Below, one piece after another: positions 17,224-26,197 of a DNA stretch of 64,000 nt. Within the stretch, counting starts at the first letter, position 1. Each line of letters starts with the position of its first letter. The stretch comes from Candidatus Omnitrophota bacterium (lineage in GTDB: Bacteria > Omnitrophota > Gorgyraeia > B26-G9): assembly GCA_043814605.1 (NCBI GenBank), contig JBDRJV010000007.1, positions 67,354 to 131,353 of the forward strand. Reading direction: 5' to 3'. The position numbers and the translations under genes are program-made. A model generated the notes under the pieces. It saw only the letters and a program-made list of their open reading frames with translations, was not told where the DNA came from and did not search any database.

Positions 17224-19962
17224 ATGATGAAGATAGGGAAAAATCAAAAAGGAACTATGCTGATTGCAACCTACATTGTATTATTTGTGGTTATTGTGGT
17301 TGCAGGTTCATATTTTGCTCTTTCTGTAAACAATAATCAAGCAATACTCAAGGAATCAGAAGGCTCAAAAGCATTGAGTTATGCGGAACGCGGTTTAGCC
17401 TATGCTTTTTATGAGTCCTATATTTCCGGCTGGAACTGGTATACGCATAATTGGAATGAAGATAAAAGCCAGCTTTCTCAGTTACCAACAACTGATCAAC
17501 AGATCGCGCGTACAGATTGTTTTTTTAATACAGATGGTTTTTATGAACATGCCAGCGGTGATTTTATGGTCAAAGCATATCCGGATACAACAAGAGAAAA
17601 TGATACAATTGTGCTTTGTAAAGGCAGATACGGCAAAGAGGAAAGAGTTTTAATGCTTTATTTATCCCGCCAGGGCATATATGATTATTTTGTTTATTCG
17701 CCGTATACTTTAGATTTATCACAAGCAGTTGGTGATGATCCCAAGATAAATGGCGGAGGTATTCATAGTAACGGTGATATTATCTTAGAATACGATACAC
17801 GGCTTGAGAATATTTCAGAATTTAGTGCAGGTAAAGATGGCAGTATATATTATGCGTGTACTCAGTATCAGCCGCCGTATATTGCGGATAAGTTTGATGG
17901 AATTATGGATGGCCAGGCGCCGATTCCGCGATTAAGTGATCTTAGTGATTTATACCGGGATGACCGAATTTCTTATTCCGGGCCGTTTGGTTATTATAAG
18001 AATAAAATATGGACTTATAAAACCGATGCTAGCAAATTTGTCTATGACAATATGGATGGCTGGCCAACAGATTCTTTTTTAAATACAGAAAGAAAATTTT
18101 GCGGTAATAATGAAGATCGATATTTGGTAGAGGTTTATCCCGGAGTATTTTATAATGACTATAATACTTGGATAAAACCCTACAGATTGGACGAAGAAGG
18201 TAATCAGATTGAAACAACCTGGTCACAAATTCCTGCGGAGTTGGATGAAGAATGGGCCTGGAGTAAATACGATGATACAAAGGACAAGCCGGGTTACGGA
18301 GCGGCTGTGGATGAGGTTCCGATAGAATTTTATATTCCGGGTGAAGAGAATACAAGGATTATGGTAAATGATACTTACTGGGAAATTAAGGATGATAAGG
18401 TTATTCAGCTTACGCCACCTGCTGTAGGTGATGTTGCGGGTTGGGAAACATTTTATGCTGAGCATCCAAATGCAGCTAAATATTGGGAGATGTTTCAAAG
18501 CCCGGAATTTTGGGATTGTGTTAAAGACGATAGTTTCATCGCAACTTATTTAAATCCGGAAATTGCTGATGGCCGCTATGGAGATGACCGCAGCAACGGA
18601 GGTACAATTTTAGTTAAACACACGAATTCCATGAAGCAGCCCAATGCCTGGCGTCAATTTATAAGCGAGCAGGGGTTAGAAGATATTGTATTTGAGGGTA
18701 ATACCGGCGGAATGTATCTTGAGCCGCCGTGTTTTTCAGTTACATATAGAAACCTTGCAGATAAAGATGGTTTACATATTAAAGCAATTGATGATTCAAT
18801 ACCTGCAGATTATTGGGCATGGAAAGATAAAATGATCGCAAGTATTGATGCTGCAGTTGAAGATATTAATACCCGAGCCGGAGGCAAAGTAGCAGAGAAA
18901 AAAGGTTTTTATAATACTTTTACGAGTAAATGGGTAACGGTATTAGAGCTGGACCTTGAGGCAATGCAGACCTATAATGTGCATCCGAATAATGGCGTGC
19001 TTTATAGTGAGGTGCCGATCAGATTAGTTAATGCCGAAAGGCTGCCGCGTTCAAAACCAAAATACGGGTTTACTGTGCTCTGTGAGGAAAATATTTTCTT
19101 GCAAGGAGATTATAATATTAAAGATAAAGTGGGTGAGTTTGAAACAGAAAATGAATGGGTAACTAGTGCGGTGATTACGAAAAAAAGAGTTTATACGTTT
19201 TCGGATGATTTTTCAGATCCGCAGCATATTCCGGCAACAGAAAATTACCCGAATTATCCTGGACTTTATGTAAAAGAGGTTGATGGAAAATGGGTGGAAG
19301 TTCCGGAATCAACCAAAGGCGGTACGTGGGTGCTAAATTATTTGTTAACTCCTAATGATCCTAAGGAAGATAATTATCGCGAAATTTCGTATGATGAAGA
19401 AGCAAAATTAAAAACGATAATTAAAGCAAAAAACAAGGCCTATCAATCTGTATTTAATGCTTATCAAACAAAAGAAACAAATGATGCCACAGCAACCTGG
19501 GTTTGGGCAGACTCAGGCACAACTTTAACTCAAGGCCTGAAACCGAATAAAGTGACTCAAGATCAGACTTATAATTGTTTGATTGCGGCAAACCGCTGGC
19601 TGGATTATTCTTATTTAAACCGCGGTTGTATTTTAGAAAACTGGGAGTACGGGGATAATCATTTTTACCGCAATTTAAATGGCGCTTATTTTGTTTTAGA
19701 AAAAGAAGGTTTTACAGCGAGTAGTGATGAATTTGTTGATCTTGAAAGCAAGTCCCTTGCGCTTAAGTATCGGGGGAAGTATAACCCCACATATAATGAA
19801 TATTTTATGGTGGATTCTTCTGCATATTGGGCACCGACAAATATTGCCTATGATGTGGCTTTTCGAACCAGAGTCCGGTCTCCGTCAGATGTGTTTATGG
19901 GCGGGGCGCAGTCGATTTGGATTGAAGCCAGCTGTGATTTATTTTATCAGATGAATTTTTAA
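17224..19962 (+). CDS. Large PilX-like minor pilin with ~750 aa uncharacterised extracellular region
   Basis: KNQKG|TMLIA (no Glu5, as in PilX/GspK), ALSYAERGL motif, GGGIHSNGDI; W/Y/D-rich body. Confidence 0.72.
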   Translation: MMKIGKNQKGTMLIATYIVLFVVIVVAGSYFALSVNNNQAILKESEGSKALSYAERGLAYAFYESYISGWNWYTHNWNEDKSQLSQLPTTDQQIARTDCFFNTDGFYEHASGDFMVKAYPDTTRENDTIVLCKGRYGKEERVLMLYLSRQGIYDYFVYSPYTLDLSQAVGDDPKINGGGIHSNGDIILEYDTRLENISEFSAGKDGSIYYACTQYQPPYIADKFDGIMDGQAPIPRLSDLSDLYRDDRISYSGPFGYYKNKIWTYKTDASKFVYDNMDGWPTDSFLNTERKFCGNNEDRYLVEVYPGVFYNDYNTWIKPYRLDEEGNQIETTWSQIPAELDEEWAWSKYDDTKDKPGYGAAVDEVPIEFYIPGEENTRIMVNDTYWEIKDDKVIQLTPPAVGDVAGWETFYAEHPNAAKYWEMFQSPEFWDCVKDDSFIATYLNPEIADGRYGDDRSNGGTILVKHTNSMKQPNAWRQFISEQGLEDIVFEGNTGGMYLEPPCFSVTYRNLADKDGLHIKAIDDSIPADYWAWKDKMIASIDAAVEDINTRAGGKVAEKKGFYNTFTSKWVTVLELDLEAMQTYNVHPNNGVLYSEVPIRLVNAERLPRSKPKYGFTVLCEENIFLQGDYNIKDKVGEFETENEWVTSAVITKKRVYTFSDDFSDPQHIPATENYPNYPGLYVKEVDGKWVEVPESTKGGTWVLNYLLTPNDPKEDNYREISYDEEAKLKTIIKAKNKAYQSVFNAYQTKETNDATATWVWADSGTTLTQGLKPNKVTQDQTYNCLIAANRWLDYSYLNRGCILENWEYGDNHFYRNLNGAYFVLEKEGFTASSDEFVDLESKSLALKYRGKYNPTYNEYFMVDSSAYWAPTNIAYDVAFRTRVRSPSDVFMGGAQSIWIEASCDLFYQMNF

Positions 19963-20003
19963 TAAGTTAATAAGTTTAATTATAACTAGTGGGGAGGGGA
20001 GAA

Positions 20004-20447
20004 ATGGATAATAAAGTCAGGATCACTTTAATTACTGCAGTTGTGATTTTAGTGATTATCATTACCCTGGGGCTTAGGGATGTGTTTAAAACCGCAACTG
20101 TGGCAACAGAAAAAAACCAATCTGAGTTAACATCAGATGACCGAAGAATTAGTTATCAGGAGAGGGAAAATGCACCAAAAATAAAAGCAAAAGCAACGCT
20201 CAGTTCAGACGAGTTGTATTTTCCTAAAAAAGATAAACCGGATAAAGTCGATCCAGAGGCAATAAGTAAGGTTAAGCATGCGGCGGAAAATTCTTTAGAT
20301 CCTGAGCAGGTTAATACACCTGTTGCAATCAGGGCAGATTCAGATGAGCTGCGCTTGCCGGAAGGGGTGGACACGCTGGATGCGGATATTTATTTGGATG
20401 CAGAAGGTAATCTGATTATCTCAAATAATCCGCAGAAAAAAATTTAA
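20004..20447 (+). CDS. Hypothetical membrane-anchored protein
   Basis: N-terminal TM helix then hydrophilic region; SD GGAGG before the ATG at 20004. Confidence 0.65.
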   Translation: MDNKVRITLITAVVILVIIITLGLRDVFKTATVATEKNQSELTSDDRRISYQERENAPKIKAKATLSSDELYFPKKDKPDKVDPEAISKVKHAAENSLDPEQVNTPVAIRADSDELRLPEGVDTLDADIYLDAEGNLIISNNPQKKI

Positions 20448-20491
20448 TATTATGTTTATAATCATCTTGTCAATATTTGATTTATGAAAAT

Positions 20492-20520
20492 TTGACATTT
20501 TTTAATTCCTCTTTTATAAT
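20492..20520 (+). promoter_or_regulatory. Consensus sigma70 promoter of pilS-pilR
   Basis: Perfect TTGACA-17 nt-TATAAT; in-frame ATG follows after a 7-nt gap. Confidence 0.8.
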
Positions 20521-20527
20521 AACCTCA

Positions 20528-21784
20528 ATGTTAACCACAAAAGCTTCTCAATATTTTGTTATCTTCTTCAGGTTTTGCATTGCCACAATTATCCTGGTTG
20601 TGAATGCAAAGCTCTTCGGATTAGGTTTAAATCCTGTTTATTATTTAATTTGCAGTGTATATGTGCTGACTATAATATATCTGCTCTTAATCCTGGCAAA
20701 AATATCGCATGCCCGGCTCTTTTATGCCCAGATAATTGCGGATTTGATAATTGAAACTATGCTCGTGCATTATACGGGCGGCATTGATTCTGTTTTGAGT
20801 TTAATGTATCCGCTTTCTACGATTGCCGCAAGTATCATGATTTCCCCGCGCGCAGCAATCGTGATTGCATTCTTGGGCAGTACATTGTATTCTGTTAATG
20901 TAACTTTAGAAACACTAAATATTTTGCCCATGTATGTTATGGGAATGAATGTCTTGTTGCGGGAAAATTCGTATATTTTTACTTTACTTTATTTTAGAGT
21001 TACAGTGTTTTGCATTATCGGGTTTTTAAGCGCCTATATTGCGCAGCAGGTTAATAAAAAAGATAAAATTGTTAACCTGCTGCAGAAAAAATTACAAAGA
21101 GAAGATAAACTCCTAGCGATTGGTAAATTAGCTGCTAATACCGCCCACGAAATCCGCAATCCTCTGGCTTCAATTTCCGGCTGTGTGGAAGCGCTAAAAG
21201 AAAACCTGGATTTAAGCGGCAATAATAAAAAATTATTTGAACTGATTATCAAAGAGACAAACCGGCTTAATGATATTATCAACGGATTACTCGAATATGT
21301 TAAACCCCGCCAGCTGCAAATTGCCAGGGTTTCTCTGTCCGAACTTATCGAGGAAGTTATTTTTCTGGTTAAAAACAATAAATTTTTTAACGCGAATATT
21401 ATTTTAAAAAATGAAAGCAATGATCAAAATTTAAAAATTAACTGCGACCCGCAGCAGATAAAGCAGGTGCTGTTTAATCTTTTAATTAATGCAGTTGAAG
21501 CAATTGAAAAAAGTGGTAAAATTATAATTAAGCATAAATACTTGGAAGCTATAGATCAGGTGCAAATTGAGATTAGTGATAACGGCCAAGGGATTGGGCC
21601 CCAGCAATTGGAAAACCTATTTGAGCCTTTTTCCAGCGGCCGGGACAAAGGGGTGGGGCTGGGATTGGCCATTGTCTTGAGTATTGTAAAAGAGCATGGC
21701 GGGGATATAAAAGTTAGCAGTAAACTCGGCCGCGGCACGATTTTTCATGTTTTTTTGCCGGTAAGGAAAGAGAGTAATTTATAA
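20528..21784 (+). CDS. pilS: Sensor histidine kinase PilS-like
   Basis: Multi-TM N-terminus with D...T.LVHYTGGIDS (PilS-type), AHEIRNPL, N and G boxes; adjacent to an NtrC-type regulator and pilin. Confidence 0.85.
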   Translation: MLTTKASQYFVIFFRFCIATIILVVNAKLFGLGLNPVYYLICSVYVLTIIYLLLILAKISHARLFYAQIIADLIIETMLVHYTGGIDSVLSLMYPLSTIAASIMISPRAAIVIAFLGSTLYSVNVTLETLNILPMYVMGMNVLLRENSYIFTLLYFRVTVFCIIGFLSAYIAQQVNKKDKIVNLLQKKLQREDKLLAIGKLAANTAHEIRNPLASISGCVEALKENLDLSGNNKKLFELIIKETNRLNDIINGLLEYVKPRQLQIARVSLSELIEEVIFLVKNNKFFNANIILKNESNDQNLKINCDPQQIKQVLFNLLINAVEAIEKSGKIIIKHKYLEAIDQVQIEISDNGQGIGPQQLENLFEPFSSGRDKGVGLGLAIVLSIVKEHGGDIKVSSKLGRGTIFHVFLPVRKESNL

Positions 21785-21815
21785 ACCTAGATGAAAAAAA
21801 TAAAAGAAGGGGAAA

Positions 21816-23171
21816 ATGCAGCCAAAGATATTATTAGTTGATGATGAGAAGGATTTACTAGAATGGTTGAGCATTGTATTAGGGAAGGAAGGCTATACAG
21901 TGCGCTGTTCAAGTTCCGGCGAGGAAGCATTAAAACTGTTTAAGCAGGAAAATTTTGAAATGGTGATTACGGATATCCGCATGCCGCAAATGAGCGGGAT
22001 TGAACTCCTGCGTCAGATTAAAAATCATAACCCGGAAGTTATTGTTTTAATGGTGACGGCTTATGCTTCAGTCGAAACTGCAGTGAAAGCCCTGCGTTAT
22101 GGAGCTTATGATTATTTGTTTAAGCCGTTTAAACTTGATGAGATAAAAATAATTATTAAAAAGGCGTTCAGTCAAAAAAGGATTTTAACAGACGATAAGT
22201 CACAGCAGAAAAAATTAAAAGAAAAATACCGTTTTGCCAATATTATCGGCCAGGATAAATCAATGCAAAAAGTTTTTGATCTGATTGAGAAAGTATCCAA
22301 AACTAATACCACGGTTTTGATTAACGGTGAAAGCGGCACAGGAAAAGAGTTAATTGCCAAGGCCATGCATTTTCATAGTTTAAGAGCAACCAAACCGTTT
22401 GTTTCCATTGATTGCGGGGCTTTACCGGAAGAATTACTGGAAAGTGAATTATTCGGGCATGTTAAAGGATCGTTTACCGGTGCGATTTCCAGTAAGCAGG
22501 GATTATTTGAAGTTGCTTCCGGCGGGACTTTATTTTTAGATGAAATCGGCGAAACCTCACAAGCCATGCAGGCAAAGTTACTACGGGCTTTGCAGGAGCG
22601 GGAAATCCGTCCGGTGGGAGCAACAAAAGTAGTTAAAGTTGATGTGCGGGTTTTAGCCGCAACAAATAGAAATCTGGAAGATGAGGTCAAACGGGAAAAT
22701 TTCCGCAAAGACTTATTTTACCGCATCAGTGTGATTTCTTTTCATCTGCCGAGATTAACACAGCGCCGGGATGATATCCCTTTGCTCGTGGCGCATTTTT
22801 TAAAAAAATATCAAATTCCCGGTAAATCTTTAAATAAAATATCTCCGGAATGCTTAGATTTATTTATGCAATACAGCTGGCCGGGAAATGTCCGGGAGTT
22901 AGAAAATGCAATTGAGAGTGCCGTGGCATTAGCAGATAAAGATGTTATTAATATCGAAGATATTCCGGAGCGGATTACAAAACTCTCTGCGCCAGGATCA
23001 GAGGGCGACTCTAGTTTTGAGGATTCTTTAAAAGGAAAAGTAGAGCAGTTTGAAAAAGAGTTAATTGTAAAGACAATGACAGAGGTTGGCGGGAATAAGA
23101 ATCTGGTGGCAAAAATACTCAAAATGACACGCCGGAATCTGGATTATAAAATTAAAAGATATGGGCTTTAA
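21816..23171 (+). CDS. pilR: sigma54-dependent response regulator PilR-like
   Basis: Receiver domain, GESGTGKE, ESELFGHVKGSFTGA (GAFTGA variant), WPGNVREL, Fis-type HTH. Confidence 0.88.
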   Translation: MQPKILLVDDEKDLLEWLSIVLGKEGYTVRCSSSGEEALKLFKQENFEMVITDIRMPQMSGIELLRQIKNHNPEVIVLMVTAYASVETAVKALRYGAYDYLFKPFKLDEIKIIIKKAFSQKRILTDDKSQQKKLKEKYRFANIIGQDKSMQKVFDLIEKVSKTNTTVLINGESGTGKELIAKAMHFHSLRATKPFVSIDCGALPEELLESELFGHVKGSFTGAISSKQGLFEVASGGTLFLDEIGETSQAMQAKLLRALQEREIRPVGATKVVKVDVRVLAATNRNLEDEVKRENFRKDLFYRISVISFHLPRLTQRRDDIPLLVAHFLKKYQIPGKSLNKISPECLDLFMQYSWPGNVRELENAIESAVALADKDVINIEDIPERITKLSAPGSEGDSSFEDSLKGKVEQFEKELIVKTMTEVGGNKNLVAKILKMTRRNLDYKIKRYGL

Positions 23172-23309
23172 TACAGCGGTTAGAAAAAATCTGAAGTACG
23201 ATGGACGATCGCCCGCCAAAAAACGGCGAAGCTGGGACGAGGGATGAAAAAGCAAAAAAGAGTTAACTATATTTAATAGTTAACACTTAACTTAAGATTA
23301 TTGTAATTA

Positions 23310-23344
23310 AGAATAAATTTTCATTAATTAGAAAAAATTTTCTA
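23310..23344. promoter_or_regulatory. Candidate enhancer (PilR-binding) pair
   Basis: AGAATAAATTTTCA and palindromic TAGAAAA-AA-TTTTCTA, 20 bp apart, ~120-150 bp upstream of the sigma54 site. Confidence 0.4.
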
Positions 23345-23462
23345 GCATTATAAAAACTGCAAAAACTTATCCACAGTTTAAAGGAATTGCTTGATTATTG
23401 TAACACAATTGTTTTCAGTGTGTTATAAAAAACAATTAAAATTAATTGATTAAATTGTTTTT

Positions 23463-23478
23463 TGGCACAGTGATTGCT
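23463..23478 (+). promoter_or_regulatory. sigma54 (-24/-12) promoter of the major pilin
   Basis: TGGCAC-AGTGA-TTGCT matches TGGCAC-N5-TTGCW; located between pilR and the pilin. Confidence 0.88.
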
Positions 23479-23537
23479 TGAATTAGTATGGACTTTAACT
23501 ATTTGTTAACGGAATTTTGAAGAAGGGGGTGTTTATT

Positions 23538-24008
23538 ATGGATCGTAAGGGTTTCACATTAGTAGAAATTATGATCGTAGTAGCTATTATTGCGCTATTA
23601 GCAGCCATAGCTATTCCGAACCTTTTGCGTGCCAGGTTAAACGCTAATGAGGCAGCTGCACAGTCAACACTGAAAACAATTTCCACAGCGTGTGAAAGTT
23701 ATCGCGCTGCACAAACAGTGCCGACTTATCCAACAGGAGATTCAACTGTAGCAGGGGTTGGAGGATTGACAGATGTAAATCCAGCATATCTTGATGCTGG
23801 GATCTTTTTAGGAGCAGGTAGACAAGGCTATATTTTTAATTATGATAATGTTAGTGCTAATGAATATGTCGCAGCAGCCAGACCAGCAAATCCCAATGTA
23901 ACGGGTATCCGATGCTTTGGCATTAATGAAAGTGGTGTTTTAAGAGCTGATCCTGCTAATGCAGCTATTACTGATGCCACTTATGATGCTGCTACTGTTG
24001 TGCAATAA
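23538..24008 (+). CDS. pilA: Type IV major pilin
   Basis: MDRKG|FTLVEIMIVVAIIALLAAIAIPN; sigma54 promoter; own terminator. Confidence 0.88.
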   Translation: MDRKGFTLVEIMIVVAIIALLAAIAIPNLLRARLNANEAAAQSTLKTISTACESYRAAQTVPTYPTGDSTVAGVGGLTDVNPAYLDAGIFLGAGRQGYIFNYDNVSANEYVAAARPANPNVTGIRCFGINESGVLRADPANAAITDATYDAATVVQ

Positions 24009-24026
24009 TATTTTTAAAACTAGGAT

Positions 24027-24064
24027 AGAAAAAAGCGGTGTTTTAAAAAACACCGCTTTTTTCT
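24027..24064. terminator. Bidirectional intrinsic terminator
   Basis: AGAAAAAAGCGGTGTTTT-AA-AAAACACCGCTTTTTTCT perfect inverted repeat. Confidence 0.88.
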
Positions 24065-24092
24065 TTACACATCCTAAACATAATGCTAAAAT
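24064..24092 (+). promoter_or_regulatory. sigma70 promoter of the second pilin
   Basis: TTTACA-17 nt-TAAAAT with extended TGn. Confidence 0.55.
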
Positions 24093-24104
24093 ATTTATAT
24101 TATA

Positions 24105-24575
24105 ATGAATAAGTTAAAAGCATTTACTTTAGTGGAAATTTTAATTGTGGTGGCAATCATTGCCATGCTTGCAACCTTGACTATTCCTAATTTACTCAGA
24201 GCGCGTCTGAATGCAAATGAAGCAGTAGCGCAAGGGACTTTAAAGTCTATTGCTACTGGTTGTGAGAATTTCAGAGCATCTCAGGTCGCTTTGTCTTATG
24301 CTGCAAATCTAAATGAGTTAACTTCTGCTAATCCTGCATATTTAGACGCAACTGTAGATACTGCCACAATAGGAGTTGCTAAAAATGGTTATAATTTTAC
24401 TTATACTCGGGTAAATCTTAACCAGTATGTGTGCTGTGCTACGCCGGATATTTATCAGGTTAGCGGTATCCGGACTTTTGCAATCAATGAAACAGGGCTT
24501 TTAAGAGCTATGGATAACGGAGCAGTAGTGATAAATACAACAGCTGAATATGAGGCCTTGGATGTTGTCAATTAA
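24105..24575 (+). CDS. Type IV pilin paralog 2
   Basis: KA|FTLVE; colinear with the first pilin (IPNLLRARLNANEA, NPAYLDA, GY.F.Y, GIR.F.INE.G.LRA). Confidence 0.88.
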   Translation: MNKLKAFTLVEILIVVAIIAMLATLTIPNLLRARLNANEAVAQGTLKSIATGCENFRASQVALSYAANLNELTSANPAYLDATVDTATIGVAKNGYNFTYTRVNLNQYVCCATPDIYQVSGIRTFAINETGLLRAMDNGAVVINTTAEYEALDVVN

Positions 24576-24908
24576 TTTCATTTTAGTTGAGTTATCTTAT
24601 TTGGTTGCGCAGAGATAGAATCTAAAATTATTAAAAATATATTGACAAAATTGTCTAAATTATAATATTATATATATACTTAAAATAAATGGATTTGTTC
24701 AGGGAACAAGGAGGTGTTATTTGCTAAGGTCTAATATTTCTGCATTTTTCCATATCCAGGGTGTAACTTCTAGTTTTACTGGGGCAATTTTTTACTCTGC
24801 TGCCTATCGTCAAAAAATCCATTACACAGAAATTCAATCCAAAAAAAAAGACGCTTTGTTGGTTTTTTGGGGAGGAGTAAGCCGGCAAAAAAAAGAGAAT
24901 AATTATTT

Positions 24909-26186
24909 ATGGAAAAGTTAATTATTATTTTACCGACTGTAGGAATTTTGTTTTTAATAATCCTAGGAATGCTGGCACCGCTCATGGCCCCGCCGGCATT
25001 TCTGGCCACTCTGCCTTTTATTGCCTTAGCAATTTATTTATACAAGAAAAAAAACAGCCTGAAAAAAGAATTAGAGGAAATGCGGCTTTCTTACCGGCAG
25101 AAAAAAATAGAAATTGAAAAAGAAATCATAAAAAAAGACAAAAGGCAGTCTGAACAGTTTAACGAATTAAAAAAATTCGGCCGGGATCTTTCCGGAGCTT
25201 TAAATAAAGGGGAATTATTGCGTTTGATTGCCAATACGTTTCAAAAACTAACTGTTTCTAAATCCGGAGAGAGTCAGTGTTTTTTATTAAGCAATGATTT
25301 AGGCTCAGATGAATTTATCTATGAAGTGGGAGATAATTTTGATAGTAATATCCTAAAATCATTACGTTTTAAAACCACGGATGAGATCATTCAAAGCGTA
25401 GTGACATCTAAAAAAGTGCATACCTTTATCAGTGATATCTTTAGCGGAGATTCAAATATAACTTATTTTTTTAAATCAGAACATTTGGCAACACTGGCGC
25501 AGCTGGATTCTATGGCATTAATCCCCCTAATTTTAGAGGATGAGGTGTGGGGAATTATTGTAATTTTTTGCCATGAGGATGCAGCGGAAAACATAAAAAA
25601 AGAAGAAGAATTTTTTGAGCTATTGATGGCCCAGGCATCGATTGCTTTAGGCAGTGCAATTCACCGCGGTTTAGCCAGTGTGGATAGATTAACGCAATTG
25701 TATAACCGGACTTTTCTGCAAAAACGCATGAATGAGGAAATTGAATTTTGTAACCGGCAATTTTTACCAATGAGCCTGATGATGTTAGATATTGACCATT
25801 TTAAAGAAATCAATGACCTTTACGGGCATCAAGAGGGGGATATGGTTTTAAAAAAAATTGCCCATATTATCAGTAAAAATGTCCGGTTAACCGATTTAGT
25901 CGCGCGTTATGGGGGCGAGGAATTTGTGGTTGTTTTGCCGGGGATTGCGGAAACAACATTTGGAAAATTTTCCATTGCGAAAAGATTATGTGAATCTATT
26001 GCCAAGGAAGACTTTATTATCAGTGAGGAAAAAAAGATAAAAGTAACCGTAAGTATTGGGGTTGCGCTGCGCCGCTATCCTGATGATAAAGCACAGGGCA
26101 TGCAGGAATTAATCAAAAAAGCCGATACCCTGCTCTATAAGGCCAAAAATTCCGGCCGTAATCAAGTTTGTTATAGTGCAGATTAA
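24909..26186 (+). CDS. Membrane-anchored GAF-GGDEF diguanylate cyclase
   Basis: Two N-terminal TMs, coiled coil, GAF-like region, DRLTQLYNR, DIDHFKEINDLYGH, RxxD I-site (RLTD) and RYGGEEF. Confidence 0.92.
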   Translation: MEKLIIILPTVGILFLIILGMLAPLMAPPAFLATLPFIALAIYLYKKKNSLKKELEEMRLSYRQKKIEIEKEIIKKDKRQSEQFNELKKFGRDLSGALNKGELLRLIANTFQKLTVSKSGESQCFLLSNDLGSDEFIYEVGDNFDSNILKSLRFKTTDEIIQSVVTSKKVHTFISDIFSGDSNITYFFKSEHLATLAQLDSMALIPLILEDEVWGIIVIFCHEDAAENIKKEEEFFELLMAQASIALGSAIHRGLASVDRLTQLYNRTFLQKRMNEEIEFCNRQFLPMSLMMLDIDHFKEINDLYGHQEGDMVLKKIAHIISKNVRLTDLVARYGGEEFVVVLPGIAETTFGKFSIAKRLCESIAKEDFIISEEKKIKVTVSIGVALRRYPDDKAQGMQELIKKADTLLYKAKNSGRNQVCYSAD

Positions 26187-26197
26187 ACAGGAGGAAA

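Noticed and set aside
24721-24921. Frameshifted N-terminus of the diguanylate cyclase
   Set aside because: The DGC frame has a TAA at 24900-24902 just before its ATG, so slippage in the upstream A-runs cannot fuse the frames; kept only as a uORF
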